A program made the position numbers and the translations under genes. Shown in pieces: positions 12,501-26,087 of a stretch of 64,000 nt of DNA. Position 1 is the stretch's first letter. Each line of letters opens with the position of its first letter. The stretch is from positions 13,888,001-13,952,000 of the forward strand of contig JBHGNT010000002.1 in assembly GCA_043228905.1 (NCBI GenBank), read 5' to 3'. The notes beneath the pieces were generated by a model that was not told where the DNA came from, searched no databases, and was given only the letters and a program-made list of their open reading frames with translations. The DNA is from Azolla caroliniana (lineage: Eukaryota > Plantae > Polypodiophyta).

Positions 12501-15500
12501 CCTCTAGCCATGTACGAATGTGACTAATCACAACAGCCCAATCATGAGGCTTAAATTCTTTCCAGCAATATGCCACAGTTGCAGCCAACAACTTAGCCAG
12601 GATTTCTTGATGTACATGCCTAACATCTTTCCTCCCTTCATATTCTTGATGTTGTTGTTTAGCTACATGAGCAACAAAACCTGCCACAGACCCATCCGAA
12701 GCTTCTTTGTGCAGTAAGTTCATTAATAACTTCCTCTCTTCTGACGAGATTACAGTGGCAGAGGCTGTCATGAGAGATACAGAACCTCCAGCAGAATGAA
12801 GTGGAAAGCACGCAACTATTGTCCATAAGGAATGCTGCAGATCTGCAAAAGATTTGGTTCTTCATCAGGATTACATCAATAGAGCTACTAAAAAGGAAAT
12901 TGATTATAGGAAGAAGTATCAACCTCTAATAGATTCAGTGCATCCACCAAGAGGTGGGGAAGAAATTGCTGCATGCATCAGTTTGCAGGTAAACTCTTTG
13001 AAGGGGGTATAATTCACCACTGCTGATGACTTCTGCTGCTTACGCAAAACAGGAGCAACAATTGACAATATGAAAGGAAGAACATTTTTCTGGTTATATA
13101 TCAGGGAATCTTCCAAGAAGCCTTTGTCAATTACAAGCATTTTGAAAAACTTTTGTGCATATTCAACTTTCCCACTCATCAGTATATCTCGTAGAATAGC
13201 TAGCAAAGCTCGTAAAAAGGGATCTTGAATGTCATTCATATCTCCATTCAATCCCATCCAAAACTTGTTGTTGAATTCCAATGTATACTTTCCTGTCATT
13301 GCTGACATGAATAATGAATCTATAACACCATTCAATATATTTTCTTTGAATGTGGAATCTGCGCAAGAAACCAGAAAAGGTATCACAGTATTAAGAGCCC
13401 CCCCACCAGGCCAACACCAGCTACACAAAAGCTCATTCAGCAACCAGATTTTATATTGTACTGACTCAGACGTGAATTGTTCAGCTTGAATGGATGGAGG
13501 AATAGGACAGACAACTAGTTGTTCCCAGCCGATAAGCGAACCCAATTTATCAACAAAGGCTACGATTCTGATGTGTTTAGGTTCCTGCACATCACAAATT
13601 TGACCAATATTTTGAAGATGATATTTCAATTACAGAAGAACCACATGTGATCCCCAGAACTATATATATAATTCTAAAAGAAATTTATATTGATGAAGAA
13701 TGGATTTTGCAACAAGATTAATGCATTAAACACAATGAAGGAGACAATGTGAATAGCTATATTAACATCTTCTGAAAGTCCAGAATGTCCTAAAAGATCG
13801 ACCAAGATTACATTGTGAAATTGTTTCTCAACATTGAAGATGACAAACCAAAACAGATATCGCTAAAAACAGGGTATGAAGGAATCTAGATACCAACAAT
13901 GAAAGAAAGCAATATTAACATCTTTTAAGAGGCCAAACAAAAGATTACATCTTAACATGTTTTCTCGTCTTTGAGAACAACCAACCAAAACAAGTGTAAC
14001 TAAATAAAAATAAAGAATTCTGTTGTCTAGACATAGATTATCAAGTCACGCATATTATAATTTTCCTTTTTCACCAATTTGCAGCATGAGTTGATCCAGA
14101 ATGGAGAGATCTCTGAAGCAAGGGAAACACCTGCAATGGCAGAAGATGATGTTGGGGATAAAGGCCCCAAGGACTCTCCTGTTTTAGTATATCTTGACCT
14201 TTCCATGTGACATACTTTTACTATATCTTTGGTCCCAATTTGAAGGGTTAATAGGCATTTACATTTTTTTATAACTTTTGGTCATTGGCCATGTGCCAAA
14301 ATAATAACCAGTCCCAAACCTCTCATAATAAGATAAGGACTTTTAGCGGCTAGGGTTCTTATGAAGGAACCATACTCAAGAGGTTATCTTGATTAGATTC
14401 CACCAACCACATTAAATGTGGCAGTCACTTGTATAGAAAAACCCCTTGGCCCATTGTGTTAAGTTGATGATCTTTAGTTGATTAATATAGTTTTCTCTTC
14501 TATTTATTTTATTTTGATTTGTTCTCAAAGACGAGAAAACACTCAAGCTGTAACCTCTTATTTGGTCTTATAGGCCACTTTGGCCTCTTAAAAGACGTTA
14601 ATAAATCTTTCTTTCTTTCTTCTTTGTTCCCTAAACGAAGCTACCCAAGGTTAGCACTTCTGTCATCAAGACAAATGGCTGAAAATAGAGACATTCATTA
14701 TTGGCATGCTGAAATGCAGCAATGGTTTGAGGCACATGGCATGATTATAAATGCACTACCCCCATTCCAATATAGCTTGGAGTCTCCCCATCTAAATATG
14801 ACCAAAGTGGAAAAAAATAGATCCGAGTGTGTACATGTGTATAGGCCTATTTATAAAGGCCAAAAGTCACTAACCACTTTTTCGTTATTTTTGGGCCAAG
14901 TTCAGTGTGAACTTGGCCAACCCTAAATGGGTCATATAAAACATAAGTTAAAAACTTTTGGATCTCACTTCAAAGGTGAGCTCCTCCAACTACTGCTCTC
15001 TCTCTATCTTTTCTACCATAGCTCCACTATTGCATCTAAAGGGCCTATACTAGAGTGAATCTTGAGTATTCCTTAGCCCGATTGACATCATTCCTAACCC
15101 TTACAACTGGTATCAGAGCGAGGTTTAGGGTTTCTGAACTTCTGCACAGTTGCTGTACAGCAAAGAACAGGTGTTCAGACCTCTTTACTGTGAGCTATGG
15201 CGTCATCCTCCTCAAAAGTGAAGAATCTTTTTGCGATTCGACAATTTGAGGGAACAGGTTTCGACTTGTGGAAGGAAAGAATAAATGGAATTCTTTTTTT
15301 GAAGGATTGTGAGAGGGCGTTGGAGGCAGAAAACCAGAGAACATGTCAAAAGATGCATGGCAGATTTTAAACAAAAAGGCTGTCATATATATTAAGATGG
15401 TTGTTTTTAATGAGATCTTGGTAGATCTCAAAGGGTTGGTATCTGCTTTTAAAATATGGGCAAAGTTGAAGGCTACATATGAAAACAGTACACCTAATGT

Positions 15501-18500
15501 GAAAGCTTGTTGGCATGCAATTGGATGAGTCCAAGAGTGCAGCTGAACACTTGTCCTTGTTTACAGGTACCTTATCACAGCTGTAGGACTTTAGGAATGG
15601 CTCCTTTGATATTAATGTTCAAAGCCATTTTCCTGCTAATGACACTACCTGACTCATGGGAGACATTGGTAGTCTCATTGTCTAATAGCCCCAACTTAAC
15701 CTTTGATGGTGTTAGGGGCTCCATACTCAATGAAGAGATCGGTAGAAAAGCAAGTGGAGAAGGTGGCAGCTCAGCCGACATGGTTAGAGGTAGGAAAATA
15801 AAGAGAAGTAACTATGCACATAGGAACAAAAGCAAAACCCAAGAGAAGGGAAATAGCAGCAAAGTTAAAAGCAATGACGTAACATGCTATCAGTGTGGCA
15901 GGAAAGGCCACAAGAAACCTAATTGCCGCTATTACAAAGCAGAACTTGAAAGAAAAAAGAATTCTAGAGATAAGAGAAAGGACAAGACTAATGCACATGA
16001 CAGCCAAAAGGACGAAGAGAAGGCCAATTTGACCACTAATGTAGTCATAGAGAAGTTGTCAGATGTTGAGGACATTGTATGTGCTACTTTTTCAGCTAAT
16101 GATACTTACGCATATGATGCCTCTCTAAATATTTATTCAGAGGACATGTGTATCACTAAGAATGATCTTATTGATGCTTTGCTGACTGTCAATGATGCAT
16201 TGGCCCAAACATGGATAGTTGACTCTGGTGCTTCATTTCATGTGAGTCCTATCAAAGAGTGTTTTTCTACTTTTACTACAGGCAGCCGTGGCCATGTATA
16301 CCTTGGAAACAGTCATGCATGTTCCATTGAGGGTATTGGCACTGTGCGTTTTTCTACAAATGGCACTAATGAGCTGGTTTTGCATAATGTGCACTATGTA
16401 CCAGGGATCAAGAAGAGTTTGTTTTCTGTGGGGCAAATGGATATGCATGGTTATAGCATTCTCTTTGAGAGAGGATCATGGAAAATGACAAAAGGTTCAA
16501 GGCTGATTGTGAAAGGCACAAAGAAGGGAACTCTTTATTGCTTACATGGAAATGCTATATCGGGCAAATTTATTGCTTTGGCTGAAGTTCACTCCCATAT
16601 GGAGTTGTGGTATAAGAGACTTGGCCATATGAGCCAAAAGGGTCTCACTAGGCTTTGTAATCTAAAGAAGCTTAATTTTTGTAATGAATGCCAATATGGA
16701 AAGCAAGTGAAGCGTTCCTTTTACTTTGGTGTGTCTTGTAAGTCTTGTGTACTTGATCTTGTTCATTCTTATGTGTGTAGCATCCCCACCAAATCTATGG
16801 GGGGTGCAATGTATTTTATCTCATTTGTTGATGATTTCTCTAGAAAAATTTGGGTTCAATTGCTTAAATCTAAGGATGAAGCCTTAGCTGCATTTAAGCA
16901 TTTTTATGCATTTGTGACCACCCAAACAGACAAAAAACCGAGATGTTGTTTTCAATGAGGCAAGGCTACTTCAAAACAATTGTGCCTCAAAAGATGACCA
17001 TAAAAGGGTTAGATTTCACCATGACCAGCCACCTGTTAGACCCAGTTTTGACCATCAGGATTCACCACAAAGGACTGAAAATATTGATCATCCAGTGGTT
17101 TTGGAGCCAGAAGATGTTGGACACCAAGATGAGGATCCTGAGAGGAATATGCAGCCAAATAATAATGCTGAAAATGGCGCTAAAAATATTGGACAGCAGC
17201 CTAACAATGATGATTTAGACATGCCACCTGATGTTGATCCATTACCTGACAATATGGATCATTGGGTGAGACATTCTACTCGTATAAGACGAAATATGAG
17301 TAGATTTGACCCCTCGTTGCACAACATAATGTTGACCGATGAGGGAGAACCTCTTACATATAAAGCAGCAAAGGCATGTGAGCACAGCAATAAGTGGGAG
17401 CTTGCTATGCAGGAAGAGATTAAGGCTTTGCATTCAAATAATACTTGGGACTTGATTGAACTGCCCAAAGGAGGAAAGCTACTCCTAACAAATGGGTATA
17501 TAAAATCAAGACCGTTGATGACAAACCCAAGTATAAAGCAAGGCTGGTTGCAAAAGGATATGCTCAAACTAAGGGCATAGATTTTCAGGAAGTGTTTCCT
17601 CCTGTGGTAAAAATGACCACTTTGCGAGTGCTATTTGCTATAGTGGCTGCACTTGATTTGGAATTAGACCAAATGGATGTACATACAACTTTTTGCATGG
17701 TGACATTGACGAAGAGCTTTACATGAAACAGCCTGAGGGCTTTGTTATTCCTGGAAAGGAACATTTGGTATGTAAGCTCAATTGAAGCTTGTATGGGCTG
17801 AAACAAGCTTCTAGACAATGGTACAAAAAGTTTGACGCTTTTATGCTCAAACATGGGTACAAAAGAAGCCATGCTGATCACTGTTTGAATACTAAAAGAG
17901 ATGAAAGTGGCAGCCCAATCATTCTTGTACTATATGTAGATGATATGTTCATTGCTGCCAAGGAAAGGAGCATTGTTGATGTCCTTAAAATGCAGCTGAA
18001 ATCTGCATTTTCAATGAAAGACCTTGGGAAGCTGAACATGTACTTGGAGTAAGAATTAGGAGACAACAGGAGCAGCACATTGTATTTATCTCAAGAAAAA
18101 TACATTGACAAGGTGCTGGACAGATTTTGTATGGCTGACGCAAAGCCTCTTGGAGTGTCATTACAGCCATATGATAAAGTCTCTAAGGAAGATTGTCCTA
18201 GGACACAAGAAGCAATCAATGACATGCATGGTGTACCTTATGCTTCAGCTTGTGGTTCACTTATGTATGGTAAGGTTGCTACTAAACCTGATATTGCCTA
18301 TGCAGTGGGAGTTATAAGCCGATTCATGGCTAATCTGGGCAAGGCACATTGGAATGCAGTAAAGTCCATTATGAGGTTCTTAAAAGGGACTAAAAATAAA
18401 TGCCTCTGTTATGGAAAAGACCCATTAGAGCTGAAGGGTTTCTGTGACTCTGACATGGCAGGTGATGTGGATACACAGAATCCACAAGTGGCTATGTATT

Positions 18501-21500
18501 CATACAGGTGGTGCTGTATGATGGTGTAGTAGGCTGCAAAAGGTTGTTGCTTTCTCCACTACCGAGGCAGAATATATCTCAGCCACTGAGGCTTCCAAGG
18601 AAGCAATATGGTTAGCACATCTATGCTGTGAGTTTGGTTTGCCTGAAAAGGCACTCATTCTTGGTTGTGATAGCCAGAGTGCCATCTGTTTGGCAAAGAA
18701 TGCTATGTTTCATACACGCACAAAACATATTGATGTGCGATATCATTTCATTCGAGAAGTCCTCGAGGATGGCCTTACCACATTGATAAAGGTCCACACA
18801 TCACAGAACCCTACGGATGTACTGACCAAGTGCTTACCCAAAGCACAACATCAGATATGTATACAAATGGTGGGAATCACGTGTGGGAGGTTGTTGGGGT
18901 AAAGGCCCTAAATGACCCCCTTATAGTGTGTACATGTGTATAGGCCTATTTATAAAGGCCAAAAGTCACTAACCACTTTTTATAAATGGTGGGAGTCACG
19001 TTTGGGAGGTTGTTGGGGTAAAGGCCCTAAATGACCCCCTTATAGTGTGTACATGTGTATAGGCCTATTTATAAAGGCCAAAAGTCACTAACCACTTTTT
19101 CGTTATTTTTGGGCCAAGTTCAATGTGCACTTGGCCAACCCTAAATGGGTCATATAAAACATAAGTTAAAAACTTTTGGATCTCACTTCAAAGGTGAGCT
19201 CCTCCAACTACTGCTCTCTCTCTATCTTTTCTACCATAGCTCCACTATTGCATCTAAAGGGCCTATACTAGGGTGAATCCTGAGTATTCCTTAGCCCGAT
19301 TGACATCATTCCTAACTCTTACATTATAGTCCTTCAACAACTTTAGCCGTGTCTCTTGAGTTCTAGCAAGAAAGTCCTAGGCACCTGTTGGTCCTCATAT
19401 TCCATTACCTTGCATAGCGGGCCAAAGCCTTCTTTAAAGAGGCAATGGTATCTCCCTCTTATTTCATAAAAGACACTACAATGACAAACATGGTGTTCTT
19501 CAGATTCCACTCCTTGATGACACAATTGGCAAATTCTTTCTTCTAGAGGTATTCGTCCTCCAACTGATGTGATGAAGTTCGCAGCTGCCCTATCACACTA
19601 CGCAGCGCATAGGATAGATGTATGTCCATGTAAGGATAGAGAGTGGGGGATAGTGGGTATCGTTGTTTCGCTATAATTGTGCTAGCCACAACATCCAACA
19701 ACCCATTGGAAGATCACACTTTTCCTCACACACATTCATACAATGCTTGATATTGCATGTGTCAATGATTCTGAATCAAAAGTGTAGGACAGACAAATGA
19801 AGTGAATATTACTGACTATATACAAATTGGAGAATGCAACGTAAAACAGTTTAAGAATCAAGTTTTGGGAGAGTTTTATGCTTCAGAAATGGCTAGGCCA
19901 TAATTATAATTTGGTGGGGCAATATATGTAATTTTGGGATTAATCTTTATAGAGAAGATAAAGCATGCCTAAAAGAGGAATAGTGACGAGCATGAAAAAT
20001 CAACAAGAAGAGAAAATAAAAAAAAGCAATGTTCAGAGTGGAGGACATTTTTAACTCTTCTTGCATTTTTTTGGAGGCGAGACTGTGTGGTAGGTTTTTT
20101 CTCATTAAACATTTTCCATGCTCTTTTACTTTCTTGTCCTCGGAACAACTGATACATGTTACAATAATTAAATTACTATTGTATATACATGTGATTAAAT
20201 GATTTTACTTACATTGGCACATAAATATTACCTGAATTGTGGTGATGCTTCTTGGCAGTTTGGTAAATACAAGCCATGAACTTGCCGGTTCTAACAGCAT
20301 ATCCAGAAAGATGTTCTTTGCTTCACCGACAATGCAAAGTTCATCCATCATGTATAAAACCCACTCTCCACAAGTAGATGCCATTTGTGAAATGTCTGAC
20401 GTCCCTTCAGAGACTTCATACCGTATACATTGAACCAACAAATTTTGAACATGCATTCGTATAGGAGGTTTAAAGTTTCTGAAATTCTTGAATAATAAAG
20501 AGATTTCAGTTATCATGGTTCGAATCTCATCACCACAAGCAGCAGCTTGAAGACAGGAATTATCTTGACATGATAAATTTTCATCATCAGTGTTTAAATT
20601 TACATCCATAAACTTCTCCAGATCAGCATCTGCAGTTTCACTTTCAGCCTCACTTTGCACCTCTTGCTCCTTACTTGAGAAAAACGAGTAAGCCCAAAGT
20701 ATACAAAAGAATGAGGCAACAATCTTGGATGCTATCTCAAGATTGTCGATAAATTCCAGCGAGAAGATACTTCCACAAATCACTCGGGCAGAAATACATG
20801 CCAATGTTATAGATGTCTGATTGTCAGCATCAAGAAGCAATAACTCAACTTCTGGCTTCAGTATGCTGGATGCAGAATGCCGCACCCAATCATTCCCTGA
20901 GATCACAAATAACTTAAGCATCCTTTGCAAAAGAAACCTCAGGACATTTTCAGTTGTAGCTTTTGAAACCATTGGGTGTGAACGCTTCCTTTTGAAACCT
21001 CCAAGTACATTCCTGAAGAAAGTGAGAAAAACTGCAGATAAAAAACTATCCTTTTCAAGAACAAGGCACAAATCATAAATTGTATTCAATTAAAAACTCC
21101 TGAGCTACCGTCCTTATGAATGAATATAACATGTCCAAAAGTTGATGACATTCATAACACGCTTCTCTACTAGAATGAAATTGATACAGCACCTATTACT
21201 GCCCAAAGCTCACGTTAACTTCAAAGTGAAAGTGGAATACATCAAAGCATAGATCAAAGAAAATACAATTTTCTTACACAATCTCCATGAATCATTCGAT
21301 GTTTCCACAATTATTTTTCAGTAACTTAAATTTACAATGACTCAAAAGTGTGCAATAACTATCCTATTATTTTATTTTCATACCACATGGATATTAGGAC
21401 TATGATTTTGTTATGCACTAGACTGTACTATTACCTGGGATTTTGGGTCATGGTGTAATATCATTCACTATTCTTTTACTATTTAACAAGGGGGGTTATA

Positions 21501-24500
21501 TATTAAGAAGATTGATAAGAGTATTATTCAAGCAAAGATGCATAACTTTGTATAGCATTATTCTTTATTGTGCTAAGGGTTGGGGAACGAGCATGGAAAG
21601 CATCCTTAAACAAGAGCAGTCAAGAATCTTAGCGTTTCCTGTAGCATACATCTAGATTGGCTAAGCATATGCATTTTGAACTTAGATAGACAGAAATGTC
21701 TGCCTGCTTTCAAAAGATTTCCAACATGGGCCAATCCAAGATGGGAGGAAATCATATTCTTCATGGGTGATAATGGGCTTGATCTATCAATCGCAAGGAT
21801 TTCAGATCTACTGTACCCCCTTTCAGATGTTATGATTGAGAGCCTATTTGTGTGGCCCATGATTGACTTGTAGCATGGCAGATGTAATGGTACCAAAGAA
21901 TCTTATGCCGGTTCTCTGCTGATGAGGTTTACAGCCAGTGTTTTCATTCAACAATATATCTCTCTGTATCTTGATTTCAAGTGAGAACTGCCCCAAGTAT
22001 CATTCTTTATTCATATTTCATCCCCTTGCAGGGAAAATAAGGAAACGATGTGCCTTGCTGAAGAGAATGCAAGGAAATGTTTGCCGTGTATATATAGGTT
22101 GTGGGATGGATGACTACTATCAAAAGAAATGAAAAGAGATACTAATGTCTCTTAAGCGACAGAAATGGCTTACACAATCATTGGATATTCAAACTCTATT
22201 ACCTTGCAGAGAATAAGAAAAAGATTTACATTACTGAAGAAAGAAAGAAAGAAAGATATATTAACGTTTTTTAAGAGGCCAAAATGACCAATAAGACCAA
22301 ACAAGAGATTACATCTTAAGTGTTGTCTCGTCTTTGAGAACAACAAATCAAAATAAAATAAATATTACTCAGTAAATATAAAAATAAATAAGATAAAAAG
22401 AGACGAGGGAATCTGGTTTTTGGCACATGTGAGATTCTCAAGTTAGATGTATTGTAACTTTTGCCTTCGAAAGATCTCTAGCATAGGTGGATCCAGAATG
22501 GAAAGGTCTCCGAAGCAAGGGAAGCACCTGCGATGGCGGGAGATAATGGCTTTTATCTATCGATGACAAGGGTGTTGAGGTCGCGGTCCATGGGGCCGGG
22601 GCCGGGGCCTACGTGCATGACAAATTGCTATTGCCCGATCAATTGTAAACCCTTTGTTATGTCCTGGTTGGGAGCCCATTTGTGTATCCCATGATTGACT
22701 TGTAGCATTAGTAGGAGTGATAAGGCTAAAGAAAGTTGTGAAGAAAGAGAAAATAAGAAATTTTGTGGATGGACTGAGAACCACTATCCTACGAAAGAAG
22801 AAAACCATCTTAATGTCTCTTAGGAGACCAAAACGGCTTACATGATAAATGAGGCATTGCATCTGCAAATGTTTTCTCATTCTGGAGAACAAGCATATGC
22901 CGTGTAAAATGCAAAAGATGGGTGTAGAGAGTACGTACCTTTACAAATGCAAAGAGAAAGAAAGAAAAGGCCAAAATTACACATCAGAGCAAAGAACTTC
23001 TATGAACATATATAACTAGCATAATTTCATCTCATCTTAAATGTGATATATAGATTATAAACAAATTAAAACTAAAATTGGGTGTTCTATGCCCCTCATT
23101 GGAAATGAAAAGGGTTACAATTTCATGGCCAGGGTAACTTTAGTGCAAGTTCAATCTAATGTGTGTTATGTTGCGAGAGACTGTGGTGAAGCTCACTTCA
23201 CGAGGTGAAATTGGTGGAATTTAGGCACCGATGACTAGGTTTCGCGATAAGCAGCTCATTCGAGAGAACAACATGCAAATCAGACATTCAAAGGCTAAAA
23301 TGTGGCCACTCAAATACATGGGTCATATTGGTAAATTCAAAAAAAGATTGGTCTAAACAGGAAGGAAGAACATTTTCATAATTATGAATTAATATAGACC
23401 TATATATTTAAGGCCATATGTGCAATTTTAAGTAAGGTTCAAGAAACTTGAATATGGCCCTTTTTATAGTTATTAAAAGAAGTTTCCAGAAACTTCTCAA
23501 AACTTCTAGAGAAGCCTCGAAGCATCTCAACCACCCTAATGAGGGTAGTGAGTAGCCTATAAAAACCACTGAGGGTACGAGGGCAGAAATCAACGAACAA
23601 AAAACGAAAGAAGCAATCAATCGGAAATCAATGAACGAAGAACAAAGCAATCAATTGGAAATTAACGAACGAAGAATGAAGGAAGCAATCAATCACGGAA
23701 TAAAGTGAAGAAGAACAAGAAGAAATAGTGATGATCAAAGAGAATAAGAGGGAGAAAAGAAAGAGCTGCCCACGACAAGGAAAAATGGAGGGTGACAAAG
23801 AGGCAAGAGAAAGAGGAATAGCCTATAACAAGAGCTTTGACTGTCAAGCGATGAGAGAGAGTTTGAATCTCTCTCTCGACACAAATATGAGAGGTATAGA
23901 TTAAGTGATCTTACATTCTCGAAATGATTAAAGTGTTACCATTTAATTGGTGTAAATTGATATATTCCAGTCATAAAAGTCTTCAGTTTCACTTCATCCT
24001 CTTTGGCACTGCTTCCGCATAATCCCACACTCTTTTCCCCAACCATCTCATTTACTTCTACAGTCTCCCCTGAATAAAATCCTGGCGATTCAACAACACG
24101 ACCATGACCTAGACGACAATGGACATATGAAGAAATGGTTATGTCCCTAAGTTGGCTCGTCTATTGTACCATGGAAGGTGAATCACATTGCTTCTCAATG
24201 ATTTTCTCATGGTAGTGGCAAAATTCAAGTAAAAAGAAATCCAGGCATCTGTGTTCTTCGAAGGCCATGATTTTTTGTAAGGGTTCAACCCCTTCCTTAA
24301 AGAGGTAGTGACATATTCATCTGATTTTTCATTGATTAAGAGGCAATGACATATTCATGCCCCTTTATTTCAACCTCTAATGAATTTAGCTAGCAGAGGC
24401 AGTCATTTGGTTCCAGCCCTTCATGTGTCTATCACAGTTGGTATGATACTTATGGACCTGTCCCATTATGCTGCATTAAATATGTGAGAGGAGAGTAGGG

Positions 24501-26032
24501 AACGAGAGAAATTACATTTTAAACCTGTGTTACAACCCATTGATCCTTCATCACTGGAAAGGGTGTATACATTAGGGCACTTCAAGGCCTACCCTCTAAG
24601 AATAACCCTTACATGAGGTGGTAAGTGGAAAACGTGTATACATCAGGTCTCTTCAGGGCCTATCCTCTACAGAATAACACCTACATGAGATGGCAAAAGG
24701 AAATAATGCCAACATCATCAAAGTCATGTAACTTTAAACTCATAGTGTGATGCAAACCTCAAAAACAATAGAGATGAAGGATTGGACAGAGAAAGACTGC
24801 TTGACACTGCCAATGCTGCTCCATCTAGCTTTGACAGGTCCCATTTAATAGATGATGTCTTATTTTCACTGAAAACATCTTCTTCATTCAAATCATAGAA
24901 TTTTAGTCGAAATTTCTCAGTAAGTGTTGCTAAAACGGCCAGCTTTCCATCATTTGTCCTCTCAACTGCATCCAATGCATCTTCCAATTTAGTTGCGTAA
25001 GAAAGCACCAAACTCCATATATCATGTAACTGTTCATCTTCAAAAAAGGACAGCAGAAGATCAATTTTGGCTGCATAAGATTTACTAGAAGCATCCAAGC
25101 ACCAAGGAATCATCTCGTCTTTCAAAAATAAAGACATAGAGATAATATTCCAATTCTCTGCCTCGGACCCACTCTGTTTTTCACCAGATGATCCATAGCA
25201 TTCATCAGTGTGAGAGAGCTTCTTTACAGGAAAAGCAAATGGCCCATATATAGAAACAATTTTCGCTAAAAGCTGTATAGCATCAATATACTCCTGCAAC
25301 AGTTCATTTTACTTATAATCAGCCAATGAGTGAGTGCATAGCATATAAACATGATCCTCAATAAAAAAAATAGTTTGCACAATCCATACCATGGACTTCA
25401 CCAATGGAAACAGCCTGTCGACTAAAGGCCTCACCGCATGAGTGATCAGCCACCGTTTTTTAACATCAATTGAGGATGATAATTTGCCAAGATGAGATAA
25501 AAACTCGGATATTCTCTTAATACACCCACGAACTTCACCATGTTTTTGCTGTCCAGCTTCAGTATTGACAGCATCCAAACAGGTAACCAGAAACGGCTCC
25601 CAGAATGCTTTCACGAGATCAATATTCTGATCATTAAGAGCTGCCAGGACCGCCGTTATACATGCTTTAAGATTCTCCAGAAATTCGTACGAAAATTTCT
25701 GACCCATAATTTCTTTAGCCGGAGTTGCATGAGCTTTCTTCACATGATTATTACCTTTGCCTTTGGTGGTTCCGGACTCTAATGTAAATTCACCAAGAAC
25801 ATAATTTTTCCATAGTATTCCTAACAGAACATTATGAACCATGAAGTACTGTAGGGTCTCTGATGAGATGCCTTCATTAACTGCATACCTACAAAAAGGA
25901 CATCACATCAAAAACAGTTGAGTCTTATCACATATCCCTGTAATTTGACCAGCTCAAAGAATCCAGAGTTACAGTGCACCATTTGCAGCAAATTATAAGC
26001 ATTTTGGGGTCTGGGGCTTGAGAGTGAAGGAG

Positions 26033-26087
<55 letters not shown>

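Noticed and set aside
25928-26087. Poly-SL protein tail in ORF 25928..26776
   Set aside because: Read-through into the intronic (CT)n microsatellite past the donor at 26087.
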